Below, piece after piece: positions 53,801 through 62,379 of a stretch of 62,379 bases of DNA. The stretch comes from an uncultured archaeon (lineage in GTDB: Archaea > Iainarchaeota > Iainarchaeia > Iainarchaeales > JAAZKV01): contig CAZOVD010000003.1 of NCBI GenBank assembly GCA_964583285.1, forward strand, positions 1-62,379, written 5' to 3'. Position 1 is the first letter of the stretch. Every line of letters begins with the position of its first letter. The translations under genes were made by a program, and so were the position numbers. The notes below the pieces were generated by a model, which saw nothing but the letters and a program-made list of their open reading frames with translations, had not been told where the DNA came from and did not search any database.

Positions 53801-54604
53801 AATTTAAACTCTAGTGATGAAAAAAAAATGCTTTCTTCTTTAATTTTATTAAATGATTTAAATTTTGATATTGATTCAAAAATAAAAGGCGAACTTAATA
53901 CTTTTTTAGAAAAACTTAGCGAAATTGATCCAAATCAAAATTTTATTGCAGATGAAATAAAAAACAAAATATATAATTTATTAAATTCCAAAAATAGTTT
54001 GAGCGAATTAAAATCAAACTTTTTAAAAATAAAAATTGATTATGAAAACTTTTTAAAAAGTAGTGAAAATAATGAAATAAACAAAATCAGTAAAATAAAT
54101 GAATTAAAAAATAAAATTAATGATGCTAAGAATTTAATTTATTTATTAAGAAAAGAATTGTCGATTGATTCTGAAAAACTTGTTGAAATTAGATTTATTC
54201 CACCAATAACAATTAGCAGGCTTGATAAATTAGAACTTAGTCTAAATTCTAATAAAGAAAATGAATTTTTAGAAAAAGAATTTGAGATAATTAATATTCA
54301 TAATGAACTTCTAAGTGCTTATTCTGACATTAAAAAACAAGCAATAACTAAGTTTAATGAAAGTGTTGAAAATAATTTTGATGCAGTTTTATTAAAAAAT
54401 GCAAAGGAAAATATTGATAATAATAATTATATTTTAAGTATGTTTAGCTTAAATGAAAAACAAGATAATAACTTTAATATAATTGGAATAGTTCCAATAA
54501 TTTTAATTTTAATTATTTTAATAGTGATTGCAATTTATTCTAAAAAAAATAATAAAGATAGTAAGAAAATTGAAGATGAAATAAAATCTAGTTGGGAAGA
54601 TTAA
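50807..54604 (+). CDS. giant Lys/Asn/Glu/Ile-rich surface protein (1265 aa) with a lipobox and a C-terminal TM anchor
   Basis: Signal peptide ending in FFFGC, long helical or coiled-coil-like low-complexity stretches, a C-terminal TM (IIGIVPIILILIILIVIAIY) and a charged tail. Confidence 0.6.
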   Translation: MKITIALLVVIFLFFFGCTEMTRDEVNTCYSLTSKSFDYIPYCETTNSCYARLNTLFKTNFEIPTENDLYHLKNSVARSWFYYNKSIKEIENISKQCLTKNASTIPGQVNQTRFYIKEAFNEMDKYMKKSFEIILKEYKFLDSEDIKLIPEEKIYDDYIYFKQILTELESGSTKSNSYISFFTKKVENFKNSNSDLPSNLIEKDSFYMQALNITSNKLLDELELNNVKIDFYFLSTPINNLFTYFEDLIYKKQSITALSQLPTNQLMILYSDLTGEKHSALEQFSLLINNYNENFKQLSTRKIQLWENVENEYNTTKNLRNSSKDNENIEYIRTNLVSEKIISNTDIEKLFLENENRLILLRKDKFENRLTIGKEISNLKEINNNFLILTKHYLEKKFENNTLITNACDKKASDILKIKNDSSELEKIYSDLIFYAKQTLNSADLKPEFCKKTIQKEKEYFEGKNNFELLKAKQIDITKECFSFLDEVFLQSNFNELKKIYEQLKKETVTNENIFYFKEACEKIKMQVENEIYSNKNIIEIENNYKILNNLKNELILVEQYSKKSQKPQINEIEKEINFYNNYRQDNKFDYIKIINIIEELNERLIMFNQKTITYLDKEKIETIINNIKFINHSKNLIVANTDFNSEITIEIHNPFKEISKEVSFKVPFKISIQNVDFVKDYLTGENQSVIILSKIPFGTSKIIASYKNKIEYEIIEKIILATNKESLIEKRINIKNDEIFSKSLFSVESQKHTKLIITLNKKEISYVIENNKINFVLDDVSKNSEIILYFYINDLITLEKNIKDITNIDLENQTIEYELKLKNNIGKKLNSNILIDFKNDFYVKKINIYDEKFTNKQITIINDQILLKNIEFIENEQKTFVMVAQINNSKEYYSNQLLNLKNNLFEINNFLSKEIEKHLTYKFSEEWLKTAQKLINQANKEIEQDNILKAKENQILLVKNELIEKISIYENILLELKELNLLSDFDKLQNVLGVAKENLNSSDEKKMLSSLILLNDLNFDIDSKIKGELNTFLEKLSEIDPNQNFIADEIKNKIYNLLNSKNSLSELKSNFLKIKIDYENFLKSSENNEINKISKINELKNKINDAKNLIYLLRKELSIDSEKLVEIRFIPPITISRLDKLELSLNSNKENEFLEKEFEIINIHNELLSAYSDIKKQAITKFNESVENNFDAVLLKNAKENIDNNNYILSMFSLNEKQDNNFNIIGIVPIILILIILIVIAIYSKKNNKDSKKIEDEIKSSWED

Positions 54605-54769
54605 CTATATTTTGTTAATACTTGAAAAAAACAATAAGAATATTGCCAGCACTAACCAAATTTTTTTCAATAAAACACCTTTGAAAACGACTGCTAATAA
54701 TAAGTAATTATAGTTTATATACTTTTATAAACTAAAAAATCTTAGAATTATTCTAAATAAAATTATCAA

Positions 54770-56209
54770 CTAATTTCCATTCAATTGCAAAAGTAATTTT
54801 TCTTCTAGTAAATTCAAAAATTCTTCTTTTTTTTCTTTTGGAAGCTTAAGACCAGCAGCAACATTGTGCCCACCACCCTCACAACCTTCAATTTCTTTTG
54901 AAATTTCTTTAAATACACCACCTAAATTTATTCCTTTTTTTACTAAAGTAGAAGTTGCCCTGCCAGAAATTTTTATTGTACCATCTTCATTTTCTGCAAG
55001 TGCTATTATTGGTTTGTTTTCTGCTATAACACCACCATAAAGCATTCCTGCAATTACTCCAACAATTGATTCATTTATTTCTCCGCGCGCATCAAAAAAA
55101 TAAAAAGATTTTTTTTCTTCTATTCCGTTTTTTTGTACAAATTCTATTCCTGCTCGCAAATTTTCTTTATGAATTTGAAGCATTGAAAGTGCGCGGCCAT
55201 ATTCTCCAAATGGATCCCTATCACCCAAACACACTGCAAGTGCAATATCTGTTTTTGCGTTACGCCCGCAGGCGTTAAGCACCGTTGCAAATTCTTTTGC
55301 ATCACGAAGAGGTGATTTTTTATATTCTTTTTCAAGAGTATAAACTTCTCCAATTAGTTCTTTTATTTTCCACTCTGGAGTATTGAAATCATTTAAGTGC
55401 ATTATTAATGCTGAAGAAAATTTTCTTTTTTCTTCTTCACTTAAATCTTCATAACTTCTATAGTTGTCATGATGATCTTTTAGAGGAATATCAAGTTCTT
55501 TAAAAAAAGAAATACAATTATCTTGACTTGCAGTTAGGTTTGGCAAAATTGGAGACGAAGAAAACATTAAATATGAAACAAGTGGGCGACTTATTCTGCC
55601 ATATAGCCGTAAATCAATTTTTTTTGAAAGCAAATTTTCTTTTTCTGCAATTTCTATTATTTTTTTATTCATTCCTATTAATGAACCGCTATAATCTTGC
55701 ATATCTCCAAGCGCACCAATTATTGCTAGGATTGATAAGTCACTATTTTTTTTATCAAGTGTTAATGCAAAGAAAAATGTAGTACCTGCACCACTAATTT
55801 CTGTTCCACCATCAACACCATATAATAATGGATTTATGTGCCACTTTAGTCCAACTATTTTACCATCAATTTTTAATGGTTGATGATGATCTATTACAAA
55901 AACATTATCTTCCCCTAAGTCTTCTTTTAAATAATCAAGTTGTCCGCTCCCAAAATCAACAAATAAATAATTAGAACCCATTCTTTTTATTTCTTCAATA
56001 TTTTCTTTGTAAAGTTGTTTTAAGCACAAATATTTTAATTTTTTATTTTTTCTTCTTAGGGCAGTTATTGCTATTGCGCCGCTTGTTACTCCATCAGCAT
56101 CGTGATGAAACACTACTACAAAATTATCTCTTTTTTTTATTTCGCTAGCAAACAATTCTATATCTTTAAAGAATTTTTCTTCATTTCTTACTGAAAGGTT
56201 TTTTTCCAT
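54770..56209 (-). CDS. RecJ-like DHH/DHHA1 phosphoesterase (archaeal GAN/RecJ homologue)
   Basis: DHH motifs (HHDADGVTSG, GALGD) and the DHHA1 motif GGGHNVAAG. ATG at 56209. Confidence 0.8.
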   Translation of the reverse strand: MEKNLSVRNEEKFFKDIELFASEIKKRDNFVVVFHHDADGVTSGAIAITALRRKNKKLKYLCLKQLYKENIEEIKRMGSNYLFVDFGSGQLDYLKEDLGEDNVFVIDHHQPLKIDGKIVGLKWHINPLLYGVDGGTEISGAGTTFFFALTLDKKNSDLSILAIIGALGDMQDYSGSLIGMNKKIIEIAEKENLLSKKIDLRLYGRISRPLVSYLMFSSSPILPNLTASQDNCISFFKELDIPLKDHHDNYRSYEDLSEEEKRKFSSALIMHLNDFNTPEWKIKELIGEVYTLEKEYKKSPLRDAKEFATVLNACGRNAKTDIALAVCLGDRDPFGEYGRALSMLQIHKENLRAGIEFVQKNGIEEKKSFYFFDARGEINESIVGVIAGMLYGGVIAENKPIIALAENEDGTIKISGRATSTLVKKGINLGGVFKEISKEIEGCEGGGHNVAAGLKLPKEKKEEFLNLLEEKLLLQLNGN

Positions 56210-56268
56210 AATTAATTTAAAAATAAAGTTATTATAAAGCAAAAGCTAGGTATTTTGCCGGGGTTAAA

Positions 56269-56979
56269 TCAAATAGAATCAGCTTTTTGTAAAAAAATAA
56301 ATTTTTTATTTTTGTAACCAGCTATAAAAAAATTACCAAAATTATTTATTCTTCTTGAGTGGCGCCCAGCTTCTTTTTGTATTAATTTTTGTAATTCACT
56401 AACTGCTAAAATGAATTCAGCATCAGAAAATTTGTACTTGTTTTTTAATTTTAAATATTTTTCACTTGCTAAGTTAGTCGCTGGTTTAAATGAATAACTA
56501 CTTGGGTTTCTTGCTAATTTATAACCATCCCTAAACATTTCTGAGATTGTTAAAAAGTCAACTTTTGACATTGCAATAAAATCTTCATTTAAAATATAAA
56601 AAAATGGTTTTTTTAAAACAAAATTTTTTGGTTTTTCGGCTAAAATAAAATCATAAAATTTTTGTAATTTTAAAATAGCGCTTTTTGATGTCTCTCCAAA
56701 ATCAACTTTTTTTATTACTACTTTTTTAACTTTTGGAAATTGACGAGAAACATTAAATTCCCTAACCGCGCTTCCACGACTATTAATATCACGATTGTTT
56801 GTAACTAAATGTTTTCTCCAATCAACAATATTTAAACGAGAAAATAAGTGTTTTATATTAGTTAATCTTGGAACTGCTTCTTTTGAACTAGTTATTGGGT
56901 TGCCTGGTTTTTTTCCAGGATTATTTGATAAATTAACAAGTTTTTTAACAAGTTTTTTTGGTAATTTTTTATTTGGCAT
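56269..56979 (-). CDS. hypothetical basic protein (236 aa)
   Basis: ATG ORF with a Lys/Pro-rich N-terminus (MPNKKLPKKLVKKLV). No motif recognised. Confidence 0.45.
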   Translation of the reverse strand: MPNKKLPKKLVKKLVNLSNNPGKKPGNPITSSKEAVPRLTNIKHLFSRLNIVDWRKHLVTNNRDINSRGSAVREFNVSRQFPKVKKVVIKKVDFGETSKSAILKLQKFYDFILAEKPKNFVLKKPFFYILNEDFIAMSKVDFLTISEMFRDGYKLARNPSSYSFKPATNLASEKYLKLKNKYKFSDAEFILAVSELQKLIQKEAGRHSRRINNFGNFFIAGYKNKKFIFLQKADSI

Positions 56980-57031
56980 ATAAGATTGATGTTAGCATTA
57001 TTTAATTAATGTTTTTACATAAAATAATAAT

Positions 57032-58327
57032 ATGGGTTTATTTAGTCAATTTTTTAAAAGGCAAGAAAGGCCAGTAATTACAACAACTATTGATTTACTC
57101 CCAAGCATTTTAGAAAATAATTTAACTGTTAAAAGAAAAGAACTTGAAATGACTGTGGCAAAAAATATTTCTGAATTAAAATATTTATATGAAAAAAGTA
57201 AATCGTTATTAAAAGATATAAAGGAAAAGGAATTAGAAGAAAAGAATAACGAAAGACTAAATAAGGCCGCAAATACTTCAAAAAATCAAATGGAAAAACA
57301 ACTTGAAAAAATGTTGGTTAAAATTAATCCAAATTTAGAAAAAAATGAACTTGAAAATATTTATTCATATTCAAAAGAAAGTTTTATTTTTTTGTTTAAT
57401 GAAATTAATATTTATAGAAAAAGTATTGCATATACTAGTATTTATTTAAAAGATGAAATGAAGTTACTTGGAAATAACCTGCAAGAAATGTTAAATAAGT
57501 TGCAAGAAATAAATAATCTTTTTGATAAAGAGCACAATATTTTCTTTTTTGAAAAAGCTAAAAAAAATATTTTAGAAATACAAAATAATAAAAAAATGAT
57601 TGCCCAAAAAGAAGAAGAAATAAAAATGATTGAAAATGATTTAATTAAGTTTAATAAAGAACTTCTTAGTAAAAAAAATGAAATTAATGATTTGAAAAAT
57701 AGCGCGGGGGCTAAGGAAATTGAATCATTAAATAATAGAAAAAGCGATCTTTTAAATGAAAAACAATCATTAAAAGTTGAATTAAGTTCTATGATTTCTA
57801 CAGTAGACAAACCCTTACAAAGATTTTCTCAATTAATTGAAAGCGGGCGCTGGAGAATTAGTAGTGAGGATAAAGATTTACTTGACTCTTTTTTAGTTAA
57901 CCCAATTGTTGCATTAAAAAAAGATATTAATGGAAAAAAAATAAAAGAAATTTTAAATGAAGTATTAAAAGCAATTGAAGATGAAAAAATAGAATTAAAA
58001 GATAAAGAAAAAGAAAAACGAATTGATGCATTAATGGAGCTAATAAATTTTGATTATTTTGGAAAAATTTTTTGGAAAGTTAATGAGATTCAAAAAGAGA
58101 TTAATGAAATTGAATCTAAAATAAGTAAAAATGAAACGTCTAAAATTATTAATAAAAATGAACAAATTTTAGTCCAAATTGACTTAAAAATTAAGGAAAA
58201 AAATCAAGAAATAGAGTTTTTAAAAACACAAATTAACAATATTAATCTAAAAATTAATGATGAAACAAAAAAAATTCAGGAATTTAGTGAGAAAGTCCTC
58301 AATAAAAAAATCATAATAGATGAGTAA
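57032..58327 (+). CDS. coiled-coil protein (431 aa) with an MGLF amphipathic N-terminus
   Basis: N-terminus is MGLFSQFFKRQ. The remainder is strongly heptad-like and Lys/Glu/Asn-rich. No TM segment. Confidence 0.5.
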   Translation: MGLFSQFFKRQERPVITTTIDLLPSILENNLTVKRKELEMTVAKNISELKYLYEKSKSLLKDIKEKELEEKNNERLNKAANTSKNQMEKQLEKMLVKINPNLEKNELENIYSYSKESFIFLFNEINIYRKSIAYTSIYLKDEMKLLGNNLQEMLNKLQEINNLFDKEHNIFFFEKAKKNILEIQNNKKMIAQKEEEIKMIENDLIKFNKELLSKKNEINDLKNSAGAKEIESLNNRKSDLLNEKQSLKVELSSMISTVDKPLQRFSQLIESGRWRISSEDKDLLDSFLVNPIVALKKDINGKKIKEILNEVLKAIEDEKIELKDKEKEKRIDALMELINFDYFGKIFWKVNEIQKEINEIESKISKNETSKIINKNEQILVQIDLKIKEKNQEIEFLKTQINNINLKINDETKKIQEFSEKVLNKKIIIDE

Positions 58328-58392
58328 ATTTGACTAATAACTCAAAAAAAGGCAATTTTTAAGCTTTTCTGGGCAAGTTATGTATAGAGAAT

Positions 58393-58977
58393 ATGATTGA
58401 AAAAGAGAATAAACTTGCAAAATTTTTGCTTGCAAAATATGCTGATTTGATTAATGAACGTGAACAAAGAACAATTGGGGAAATAAAATCTCTTGTTGAT
58501 GGTACTGATTTAACTATTTTAAATATTGTTAATGAATTTAAACCAGAATTTTATAAATTTGAAACAGATTATTTAAAAGTTTTAAAAAATGTTTACCAAT
58601 TTATACTTGATGAAATTGAATTCAGCGAAGTTAATTTTGGAATAAATTATTGGCTTACTGCAAAAGAAATAATGGATGTTAAAGTAGTTGACGATGAGGA
58701 TTTGGCCGTATTTGTTTGTGCTTGTGCAAAAGCTCTTGGTGATGATAATGCAGAAGTTATTATTGCAGAACTTGATAATCTTAAAACACATGCTTTTGTA
58801 ATTAGTGAGTTTAACAATGAATTTATTTTGCTTGATGCCGCACAAAAATGCGAATTTGAAAAATATTTTGGGAAAAAAGTTGAAATAATAAAAAATTATG
58901 ATTTTAAATCAAACAAAATTAAAAGATTTTTATATAGATTTAATTCAAACAAATATGAACAATTTTTAGAAGAATAA
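58393..58977 (+). CDS. hypothetical protein with a possible transglutaminase-like fold lacking the catalytic Cys
   Basis: DDEDLAVFVCACAKALG...THAFVISEF...LLDAAQ resembles the Cys-His-Asp core spacing, but has Asp/Glu where the Cys is expected. The match is weak. Confidence 0.35.
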   Translation: MIEKENKLAKFLLAKYADLINEREQRTIGEIKSLVDGTDLTILNIVNEFKPEFYKFETDYLKVLKNVYQFILDEIEFSEVNFGINYWLTAKEIMDVKVVDDEDLAVFVCACAKALGDDNAEVIIAELDNLKTHAFVISEFNNEFILLDAAQKCEFEKYFGKKVEIIKNYDFKSNKIKRFLYRFNSNKYEQFLEE

Positions 58978-58996
58978 TGCTTATTAAGAAATTAAA

Positions 58997-60148
58997 TTAG
59001 TTTTTTTGGAAATAAATCCAAGCAAAAATTACAGCAGCAATTAGTATTGCTATTGTTGAAAACAAAATTTCAAACGAATAATCTTTTTTATCAATTAAAA
59101 ACTCTAGCGATTCTGAAGCAAAAAATTTATTGTTAGAATCTATTGTTGCAAGAATAGAATATTTTCCAGCATTAAGATTTTTTGTTTGAAGTAAAATTTC
59201 TTTTTCTTCAAATGGTCTGAGTAATAAAACTGAATTATAATCATCAATTAAATCAAAGGGGGCTAATTCTAAATTTCCAACAAAATTTGAATTCCAATTA
59301 TTTTTAATCAATAGTTTAAAACTAAATTTATCATCAGATAGTTTTTCACTTATTAAAATTAAATTTATTTGTTCTTGATCAAGAACTATTAATGGGGGGT
59401 GTGAACTTGCAATTTTTTGATTTTCATTAAATATATTTGTAAAAGAAAGAACTGCAGACGGCAAGTTATATGATGAACTTTGTGTTGGTTTTATATAATA
59501 AAAAAATTCTTTTTCTTCGTTTGGATTTATTGTTACTCTTGCTGACGCATCACCCTCAACTATATCAAAACTTGTAATCTTAAGAAAACTTCTTAAGTCT
59601 TCAGCCAAAAATTGAACAAAAACATCAGCTGGTAAATTACCAGAATTTTTTATTTTTATTTGCATTCTTGCTCTTTCTCCAAGAACTATTTGTCCTGGAG
59701 AATTATGTTCTATTTCAAGAACTGGTGAGTTATAAGTACCAATAGAAGAATTTGCAAATATTTTGGAATAAGATGTTTTTCCGCCAGAATTTAAACAAAT
59801 CGTTGTTAATATATCTTCAGACAAAATTGGCGTAAAAACCCTTGCAACACAATTATTAACACAAATAAAATTTTCAGTCCAAATTAGATTTTCTTTACCT
59901 TCATTAAATGAAATTGTTACATAGGTGTTGTCTCCAACTTCTCCAATAAATTCTGATCTTATTGATAAAATTCCATGTCCTTGTTCTATTGACTTTGGAA
60001 TAGTAAATGTTTGACATATTTTTTGATCTGGCCCAATTATTTCTATGCCATTAAAGCCATAGTTTTGTAATGTATTTTCAAAAGCTAGTGAAACTGATGA
60101 AAATATTAAGATTAATGACAAAACTAGCATAAACTTCTTGTTAAACAT
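58997..60148 (-). CDS. secreted surface protein with CARDB/DUF11-like beta-sandwich modules and a C-terminal TM anchor
   Basis: Signal peptide present. GERARMQIKIKNSGNLPADVFV and FKLLIKNNWNSNFVGNLEL are CARDB-like strands. C-terminal TM is ILFSTIAILIAAVIFAWIYF. Confidence 0.5.
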   Translation of the reverse strand: MFNKKFMLVLSLILIFSSVSLAFENTLQNYGFNGIEIIGPDQKICQTFTIPKSIEQGHGILSIRSEFIGEVGDNTYVTISFNEGKENLIWTENFICVNNCVARVFTPILSEDILTTICLNSGGKTSYSKIFANSSIGTYNSPVLEIEHNSPGQIVLGERARMQIKIKNSGNLPADVFVQFLAEDLRSFLKITSFDIVEGDASARVTINPNEEKEFFYYIKPTQSSSYNLPSAVLSFTNIFNENQKIASSHPPLIVLDQEQINLILISEKLSDDKFSFKLLIKNNWNSNFVGNLELAPFDLIDDYNSVLLLRPFEEKEILLQTKNLNAGKYSILATIDSNNKFFASESLEFLIDKKDYSFEILFSTIAILIAAVIFAWIYFQKN

Positions 60149-60185
60149 ACAAATATAGTTTACAAAATAGCTTTTAAATTATTCT

Positions 60186-60668
60186 TTATAATGAACTTGC
60201 AAGCTTTTGCATTAGTTCAAAAAATGTATCTTTAGTACTTGGTTTTGACTTAATCTCAATTATTTTGGAATTGGCATAATTTTTACTAACTTTTTTTTTA
60301 CAATACTCTATTCCCTCACAAAAAACATTATCCATTATTTTTAAATCTGAATAATTTCTTTGAATAAGACGCATTTCTAAATCTTCTGGATCTATTGTAA
60401 TTAATATCACTTTATCTACTTTTAATTTCATTTCGCAAAGAGTATGTCCTTCAAGTATAACTCCTTTATTTTTTGATAAGTATAAATTGGCTTTTTTTTC
60501 AAATTCATTAGTTGGTATTTCAAGTTCATTTTCTTCATTAAAAAAACCAATTGAATTTTTTAAAGCAAAATCTTTTTCATTTATTACTTTTAATTTTAAC
60601 TTTTTTGCAAGTAAATTGGCAATTGTGGTTTTTCCACACCCTGGAGTTCCAGTGATAACAAAATTCAT
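60186..60668 (-). CDS. adenylate kinase 6 / Fap7-like P-loop NTPase
   Basis: MNFVITGTPGCGKTTIANLLAKKL at the N-terminus. Length is 160 aa. Confidence 0.6.
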   Translation of the reverse strand: MNFVITGTPGCGKTTIANLLAKKLKLKVINEKDFALKNSIGFFNEENELEIPTNEFEKKANLYLSKNKGVILEGHTLCEMKLKVDKVILITIDPEDLEMRLIQRNYSDLKIMDNVFCEGIEYCKKKVSKNYANSKIIEIKSKPSTKDTFFELMQKLASSL

Positions 60669-60714
60669 AAATATAATAAGTTAAAAGGATTAAAAAAAGT
60701 AAGAGTTTTTATTT

Positions 60715-60864
60715 TTACTCAGTCAATGAATTTGAAAAAGAAATTTTCTTCTCAAAGGCCCTTAAATCGTCGTTTAATTGTTTGCCTGAACAATCTAGGC
60801 TTTTGCATAATTCATTTATTTTTTCTTCAAAAGACATATTATCACTTTTGTGTTGAGGTTGCAT
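60715..60864 (-). CDS. possible small ORF (49 aa)
   Basis: Not in the ORF track. Translation: MQPQHKSDNMSFEEKINELCKSLDCSGKQLNDDLRAFEKKISFSNSLTE. No clear SD. Confidence 0.2.
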   Translation of the reverse strand: MQPQHKSDNMSFEEKINELCKSLDCSGKQLNDDLRAFEKKISFSNSLTE

Positions 60865-61026
60865 GCTAGAGTAATGTTTTTTTTATTTAAAAACTTTATT
60901 ATAAAAAAATACATATTTTGTATGGTTACTTAGTGAATAATTGAATTTTTTATGTATATTTATATTAAAACTTCATTTAAAAAATCACAAAAATTAGGAC
61001 ATAAATATTTTACAATTTTTAAAAAA

Positions 61027-61644
61027 TTATTTAACATAAATGAAATAATCAAGAATTGAATTGTATAAAAGTTCAAAAGTAAATTCTTCCTTACAATATC
61101 TTTCTATTAAATCAAATCTTTTTTCATAATAATATTTTGAAACATCTGCGCCGGTGTCCTGTTTTACTGGAATATCAAAGTATGTATTAATTCTTTTTTG
61201 AGAAATACATCTAAAATCTTCATCACGCTTAGTATCCTCACTTATAGCCATTGCTAATTGAGAAAGATCTATGTGGCGAGGGTCAGTAAAAAGTAAATCA
61301 AAAAGTTCTTGGTCGCTTGCAATTTTATTTTCTTTCATTCTTGAAAACAAAAATGGTAAATCGTACGCTAAGTGGTTAAAACCAACTAATTTTAAAAAAG
61401 AATCATTTTTTGCAACTTCTTTTAAAAATAAATAAAATTTTTCAAGTAATTTTTTTTCACCACCAATACTCCATTCATATAAAAAAACTGGTTCTTTAAT
61501 TTGAGATGCAGATGGAGCTTTATTTAAATTATAATAAGAATATGCAATAACTAAAACCTTACTTTCGCTAAAATGTGGATTAAGGCCAGTTTTTGGATTC
61601 TTTTCATGCATTAGTGATTCAATATCTAAAAACAAAAATCCCAT
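61027..61644 (-). CDS. DEDD-type 3'-5' exonuclease (RNase H-like, PolB-exonuclease-domain-like)
   Basis: ExoI (FLDIES), ExoII (GFNHLAYDLPFL), and an ExoIII-like Y...D (YYYEKRFDLIERY). Confidence 0.55.
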   Translation of the reverse strand: MGFLFLDIESLMHEKNPKTGLNPHFSESKVLVIAYSYYNLNKAPSASQIKEPVFLYEWSIGGEKKLLEKFYLFLKEVAKNDSFLKLVGFNHLAYDLPFLFSRMKENKIASDQELFDLLFTDPRHIDLSQLAMAISEDTKRDEDFRCISQKRINTYFDIPVKQDTGADVSKYYYEKRFDLIERYCKEEFTFELLYNSILDYFIYVK

Positions 61645-61650
61645 TAATAT

Positions 61651-61944
61651 CTATGTAACTAAATACTTGAAATAATTTAAATTAATAGGATAAATAAAAC
61701 TTATTTGGGTTTTCAAAAAAAAAGGAGACTTGCTAGATTGGTTTGGTTCACAAACTGAGTTATCACCCTCTCTTTGATGTTTTTGAGTATAACTTAAATA
61801 GTCTCTTTCAAGAGTTATTAAGAATGCAACAATTAATACTAAAAACATCATATCAAAAATGGTTATGTTATAAAACAACCATTGTTGTATGCTTGTTAAT
61901 GCTGAAAATAGTGCAACACCTTTTAAGAAAATTGTTTGTTCCAT
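61651..61944 (-). CDS. hypothetical membrane protein
   Basis: ATG at 61944, with one or two hydrophobic segments. Weak support. Confidence 0.3.
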   Translation of the reverse strand: MEQTIFLKGVALFSALTSIQQWLFYNITIFDMMFLVLIVAFLITLERDYLSYTQKHQREGDNSVCEPNQSSKSPFFLKTQISFIYPINLNYFKYLVT

Positions 61945-62143
61945 AATCTTAATACAACCCCCAACTGATATTATTATGTACAATAAGATTAATTAAATAT
62001 AATATTTAAAAACATAAAAAAACTATTAAATTATTGTGCATTTATATAAAAAAATGCATAATATAACAGAAATGAATGTTTTTTTATTGTTTTTCACAAC
62101 TTACTAATGAAAAGTTTTTAAGCGACAAATGTCGTAAATATAT

Positions 62144-62379
62144 ATGTTAGAAAAAATAGAGCTTAGAAAAAAAATACTAAAAGAAGTTTATGTGCATGGG
62201 CTATACAACAAAACAAAAATAGAAGATAGACTAAAAATGAATCCACAAACAATAAATTATGTTTTAAAAAAATTACAAGAAGAAAAATTATTTGTAAAAA
62301 AAAGATATGTAATTAATTTAAATCATTTTGACATAAACACGTTTGCATGGATTTTTATTTCAATTAATTGGATTGAAAT
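62144..62379 (+). CDS. Lrp/AsnC-like HTH regulator (5' part; runs off the window)
   Basis: Open frame from ATG 62144 to the window end. Translation: MLEKIELRKKILKEVYVHGLYNKTKIEDRLKMNPQTINYVLKKLQEEKLFVKKRYVINLNHFDINTFAWIFISI (HTH followed by the start of a RAM-like domain). Confidence 0.5.
   Translation, partial: MLEKIELRKKILKEVYVHGLYNKTKIEDRLKMNPQTINYVLKKLQEEKLFVKKRYVINLNHFDINTFAWIFISINWIE

Noticed and set aside
1-62379. CRISPR arrays, rRNA/tRNA genes, IS elements, integrases or prophage modules
   Set aside because: I saw no regularly spaced repeat array, no GC-rich structured-RNA-sized intergenic block, and no transposase, integrase, capsid or terminase-like translations in any frame of the ORF track.

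Overview
This is a visibly AT-rich archaeal chromosome segment (GC not computed). It carries about 65 protein-coding genes. I found no rRNA, tRNA, CRISPR array, transposase or integrase. All calls come from reading motifs in the supplied translations; nothing was searched against a database.

The gene content is archaeal: Orc1/Cdc6, both PolD subunits, S3Ae, Bud32, CDP-archaeol synthase and a RecJ/GAN-like DHH protein. The compact layout, the many Lys/Asn-rich orphan proteins and the bacterial-type add-ons suggest a small-genome DPANN-type archaeon. That lineage assignment is inference only.

Main blocks:
- 0.7-8.7 kb: a replication/division island with sepF, a candidate oriC, orc1/cdc6 and PolD DP1+DP2.
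- 9-16 kb: Nog1 GTPase, secF-secD, a short exosortase/archaeosortase-like gene, and an S3Ae-DUF92-CarS operon.
- 17-20.4 kb: secreted and lipobox proteins.
- 20.5-25.3 kb: grpE-dnaK / dnaJ with a divergent wHTH gene.
- 25.3-29.4 kb: Dus, YvcK/CofD-like and ADP-forming acetyl-CoA synthetase.
- 29.5-33.7 kb: a copper module with a membrane-tethered wHTH.
- 35.9-48.8 kb: a contiguous acetyl-CoA-to-GGPP isoprenoid supercluster.
- 49-62 kb: NFACT-N, PRC barrel, a 1265-aa surface protein, RecJ/GAN, coiled-coil and envelope proteins, Fap7, and a DEDD exonuclease.

The most interesting signal is the isoprenoid supercluster. It is of the classical bacterial type: thiolase, HMG-CoA synthase, DUF35, class II HMGR, MVK-MDD-PMK, a Nudix IDI-1 and GGPPS. 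Five uncharacterised, translationally coupled small ORFs are interleaved with the enzymes. The thiolase gene is also flanked by short stubs that duplicate its own 5' and 3' termini.

Several start codons were re-picked using a recurrent GGTGAT-type Shine-Dalgarno sequence 3-6 nt upstream of ATG.
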